From: Ascidiella aspersa
Lineage: Eukaryota
Length of the DNA: 64,000 nt
NCBI GenBank assembly: GCA_963924565.1
Contig: OZ004615.1
Span: forward strand, 4,836,001 to 4,900,000
Direction of reading: 5' to 3'
In this document: positions 62,901 through 64,000 of the stretch, piece by piece
How positions within the stretch are numbered: position 1 is the stretch's first letter
How the letters are laid out: each line of letters starts with the position of its first letter
The notes under the pieces: model-generated
What the model was told of the DNA's origin: nothing
The model's input: only the letters and a program-made list of their open reading frames with translations
Databases searched by the model: none
Position numbers and translations under genes: made by a program

Positions 62901-63814
62901 AGCTGCTATGTCTTTGCAATTTCTTGAGCTAATTGCTTCTGACTTATTTTTATCTAGTAATTCATATGTGTTTATCGTTCTGTGAAATCTAAATTAATAA
63001 AACCTTGCAAAAAACGGAAAACAACTACTGTAAAAATGTCGATTTGTAAATCCACTATATTAGTCTACCGGCGTACGTAATGTGAACAACTGGCATGTAG
63101 TAGAAACATAATACAAATGTGTTGTAATGTTTGTTTAAACACTTGATATTTCTTACAGTTGCTGGACTTGTGTTTGCTCGATATTGAAAGCCTCGACTTT
63201 TGCTCCGGAGTAATTGCAGCCGCCGCCTTATACCACTTTTCCTCACGGGAACTCGCAACACAAGTCTCTGGATACCAGTTTAAAGATATCGCCGCTGTAA
63301 GTGCCATATTACGATTTCTTTCCTGCTGATGTAGTAATTTATCTAAACAAGCTTAGATCAAGCCTTGCATATAAAATCTGGGTGGGCAAAGCTGTATCTT
63401 TTCTTACCTCCACATTGTGTAAAAAGATCTGTTGATGGGTAAATTCTAGCGTTGTTTTAACATATAACAACATTTTTTTATATTGCCCATTTACCTGCAT
63501 ACAAATCATCGAAAATAATAGTTTTTTTTCAGCATTTGAAATCAAATACACAGAACCCGAGAATAAAATATAGAACTTAGTTTTAAAGTTTCCTTAAATT
63601 CATTGTATACAAACGATGCAACGCATTAGTTTTTAACTGCCCTTGAAATAAAAATTCTAAAACGACGACTTTTCGCTTGCAGTGTGTCCACTGGCTGGCG
63701 CCCTTCGCGATCACGGTGCGTGACACAGGCCTTCAGTCGCTCAAGATGTTCAAGCGAGTCCCCGAGAGCGACGCACACAACATTCAAACGCGGGCGAACA
63801 ACATCGACATTCTG
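44908..63814 (+). CDS. CCNE: G1/S-specific cyclin E (3' partial; start exon uncertain)
   Basis: join(44908-44921 or 49394-49404, 49485-49632, 50957-51028, 52303-52553, 61369-61504, 61963-62109, 62576-62824, 63159-63296, 63683-63814, >window). Cyclin box [65 protein letters not shown]; cyclin E signatures [15 protein letters not shown] and HNIQT. Confidence 0.93.
46286..46502 (+). repeat. Tandem duplication of ~110 bp
   Basis: gtgtttttgggtt...aaaaaatgcctt...gctagaggtgcga...ctagctttataca occurs twice. Confidence 0.85.
48560..48907 (+). promoter_or_regulatory. Candidate second (TATA) cyclin E promoter and short first exon
   Basis: CpG-rich block, E2F-like ATGGCGCGAA ~48611, TATAAAA 48809-48815, donor GTAAGT at 48908. 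Confidence 0.45.
49485..49632 (+). CDS. CCNE: Cyclin E N-terminal basic exon ([13 protein letters not shown]...AAE), NLS-like
   Basis: tttgcAG acceptor, GTACGG donor, open frame, phase 2 to 0, compatible with the next exon. Confidence 0.8.
50567..50760 (+). repeat. Tandem duplication of ~108 bp
   Basis: ggtcct..tgttttctacatctt...gtcttaat...tgattttgat...acctcatt occurs twice. Confidence 0.75.
50957..51028 (+). CDS. CCNE: Cyclin E exon ([24 protein letters not shown])
   Basis: ttttctAG acceptor, GTGAGT donor, 72 nt, phase 0-0. Confidence 0.82.
52303..52553 (+). CDS. CCNE: Cyclin E exon ([17 protein letters not shown]...YQFRNIF...PSPLPSL)
   Basis: ttttAG acceptor, GTGAGT donor; SPLP motif precedes the cyclin E N-terminal helix. 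Confidence 0.9.
53350..53643. mobile_element. Non-autonomous hAT (Charlie-like) element
   Basis: Imperfect TIR CAGTGTTTTGCAACC...GGTTAAGAACCACTG; perfect TSD CACTAATC (53342-53349, 53644-53651); GGCACCC subterminal motifs. Confidence 0.9.
54266..54414. mobile_element. Small fold-back element enclosing a tRNA-derived (B-box) fragment, nested in a hAT relic (~54159-54706)
   Basis: Arms TAGACTAACCGAATCAGTCG.TCAA...TTGATCGACTGATTCGGTTAGTCTA; on the minus strand the loop reads GGAGGTCGTGAGTTCGAACCTCAC (tRNA T-arm-like). Confidence 0.7.
57070..57385 (+). repeat. Degenerate short-unit minisatellite (consensus ~ccactattttgggccatgtaaa)
   Basis: About ten imperfect copies of ctattttgg..catgtaa. Confidence 0.65.
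59375..59690 (+). repeat. Tandem duplication of ~180 bp
   Basis: acattcgatagcttc...ttggcttta...aaatttcaac...gaaaatattt occurs twice. Confidence 0.75.
61369..61504 (+). CDS. CCNE: Cyclin E exon ([11 protein letters not shown]...[11 protein letters not shown])
   Basis: Poly-T ctcAG acceptor, GTAGAC donor, 136 nt. Confidence 0.96.
61963..62109 (+). CDS. CCNE: Cyclin E exon ([15 protein letters not shown]...AAKLE)
   Basis: aaAG acceptor, GTAAGT donor, 147 nt. Confidence 0.96.
62576..62824 (+). CDS. CCNE: Cyclin E exon (EIYPPKL...FVHIAQ)
   Basis: ttgcAG acceptor, GTAATT donor, 249 nt. Confidence 0.96.
63159..63296 (+). CDS. CCNE: Cyclin E exon ([14 protein letters not shown]...DIAA)
   Basis: ttacAG acceptor, GTAAGT donor, 138 nt. 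Confidence 0.95.
63683..63814 (+). CDS. CCNE: Cyclin E exon (CVHWLAPFA...[13 protein letters not shown])
   Basis: ttgcAG acceptor, GTGAGT donor, 132 nt. Confidence 0.95.
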
Positions 63815-64000
63815 GTGAGTGGACTATCGAAATGGGGGAGTTCCCCGATGGCTCGCTTGTCGTGTTCTGTTAGTTTAATGATGACAAATTTATTGCGAGA
63901 TTATACACGTCGCCTGATTTTTTTTCTGTTTGACAAAAGTACAAGAAATATTTGGTTTGCCCTGATTCTTATACAATAAATTACTCGATTTATTTTTTTG

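Overview
AT-rich eukaryotic (animal) genomic DNA, most likely an invertebrate chordate such as a tunicate. This is an inference from vertebrate-like intron positions, mosaic CpG-poor/CpG-rich blocks, frequent TGACGTCA and many small hAT-type elements. Most ORFs in the supplied track are spurious because the real genes are spliced. Two + strand genes were rebuilt by hand. (1) A complete Gs-alpha gene (GNAS/GNAL family) with 12 coding exons from 15025 to 37950, 1140 nt, 379 aa. Its exon structure matches short vertebrate Gs-alpha, it has a ~14 kb upstream region with several candidate first/leader exons, and a ~2 kb C-rich 3'UTR. (2) A cyclin E gene from a promoter near 43.2 kb, with 8 internal coding exons between 49485 and 63814; the last exon lies beyond the window. 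Introns hold several non-autonomous hAT elements (three with perfect 8-bp TSDs), two fold-back elements and tandem repeats. The main candidate novelties are all predictions that need transcript support: an N1-like truncating exon in the Gs-alpha intron where mammals have exons 3 and N1; in-frame upstream exons that could give an XL-like extended Gs-alpha; a tandem repeat whose five units each look like a complete 39-40 nt mini-exon; an internal promoter plus in-frame start exon for an N-terminally truncated cyclin E; and a MEF2/GATA-rich intronic CpG island.
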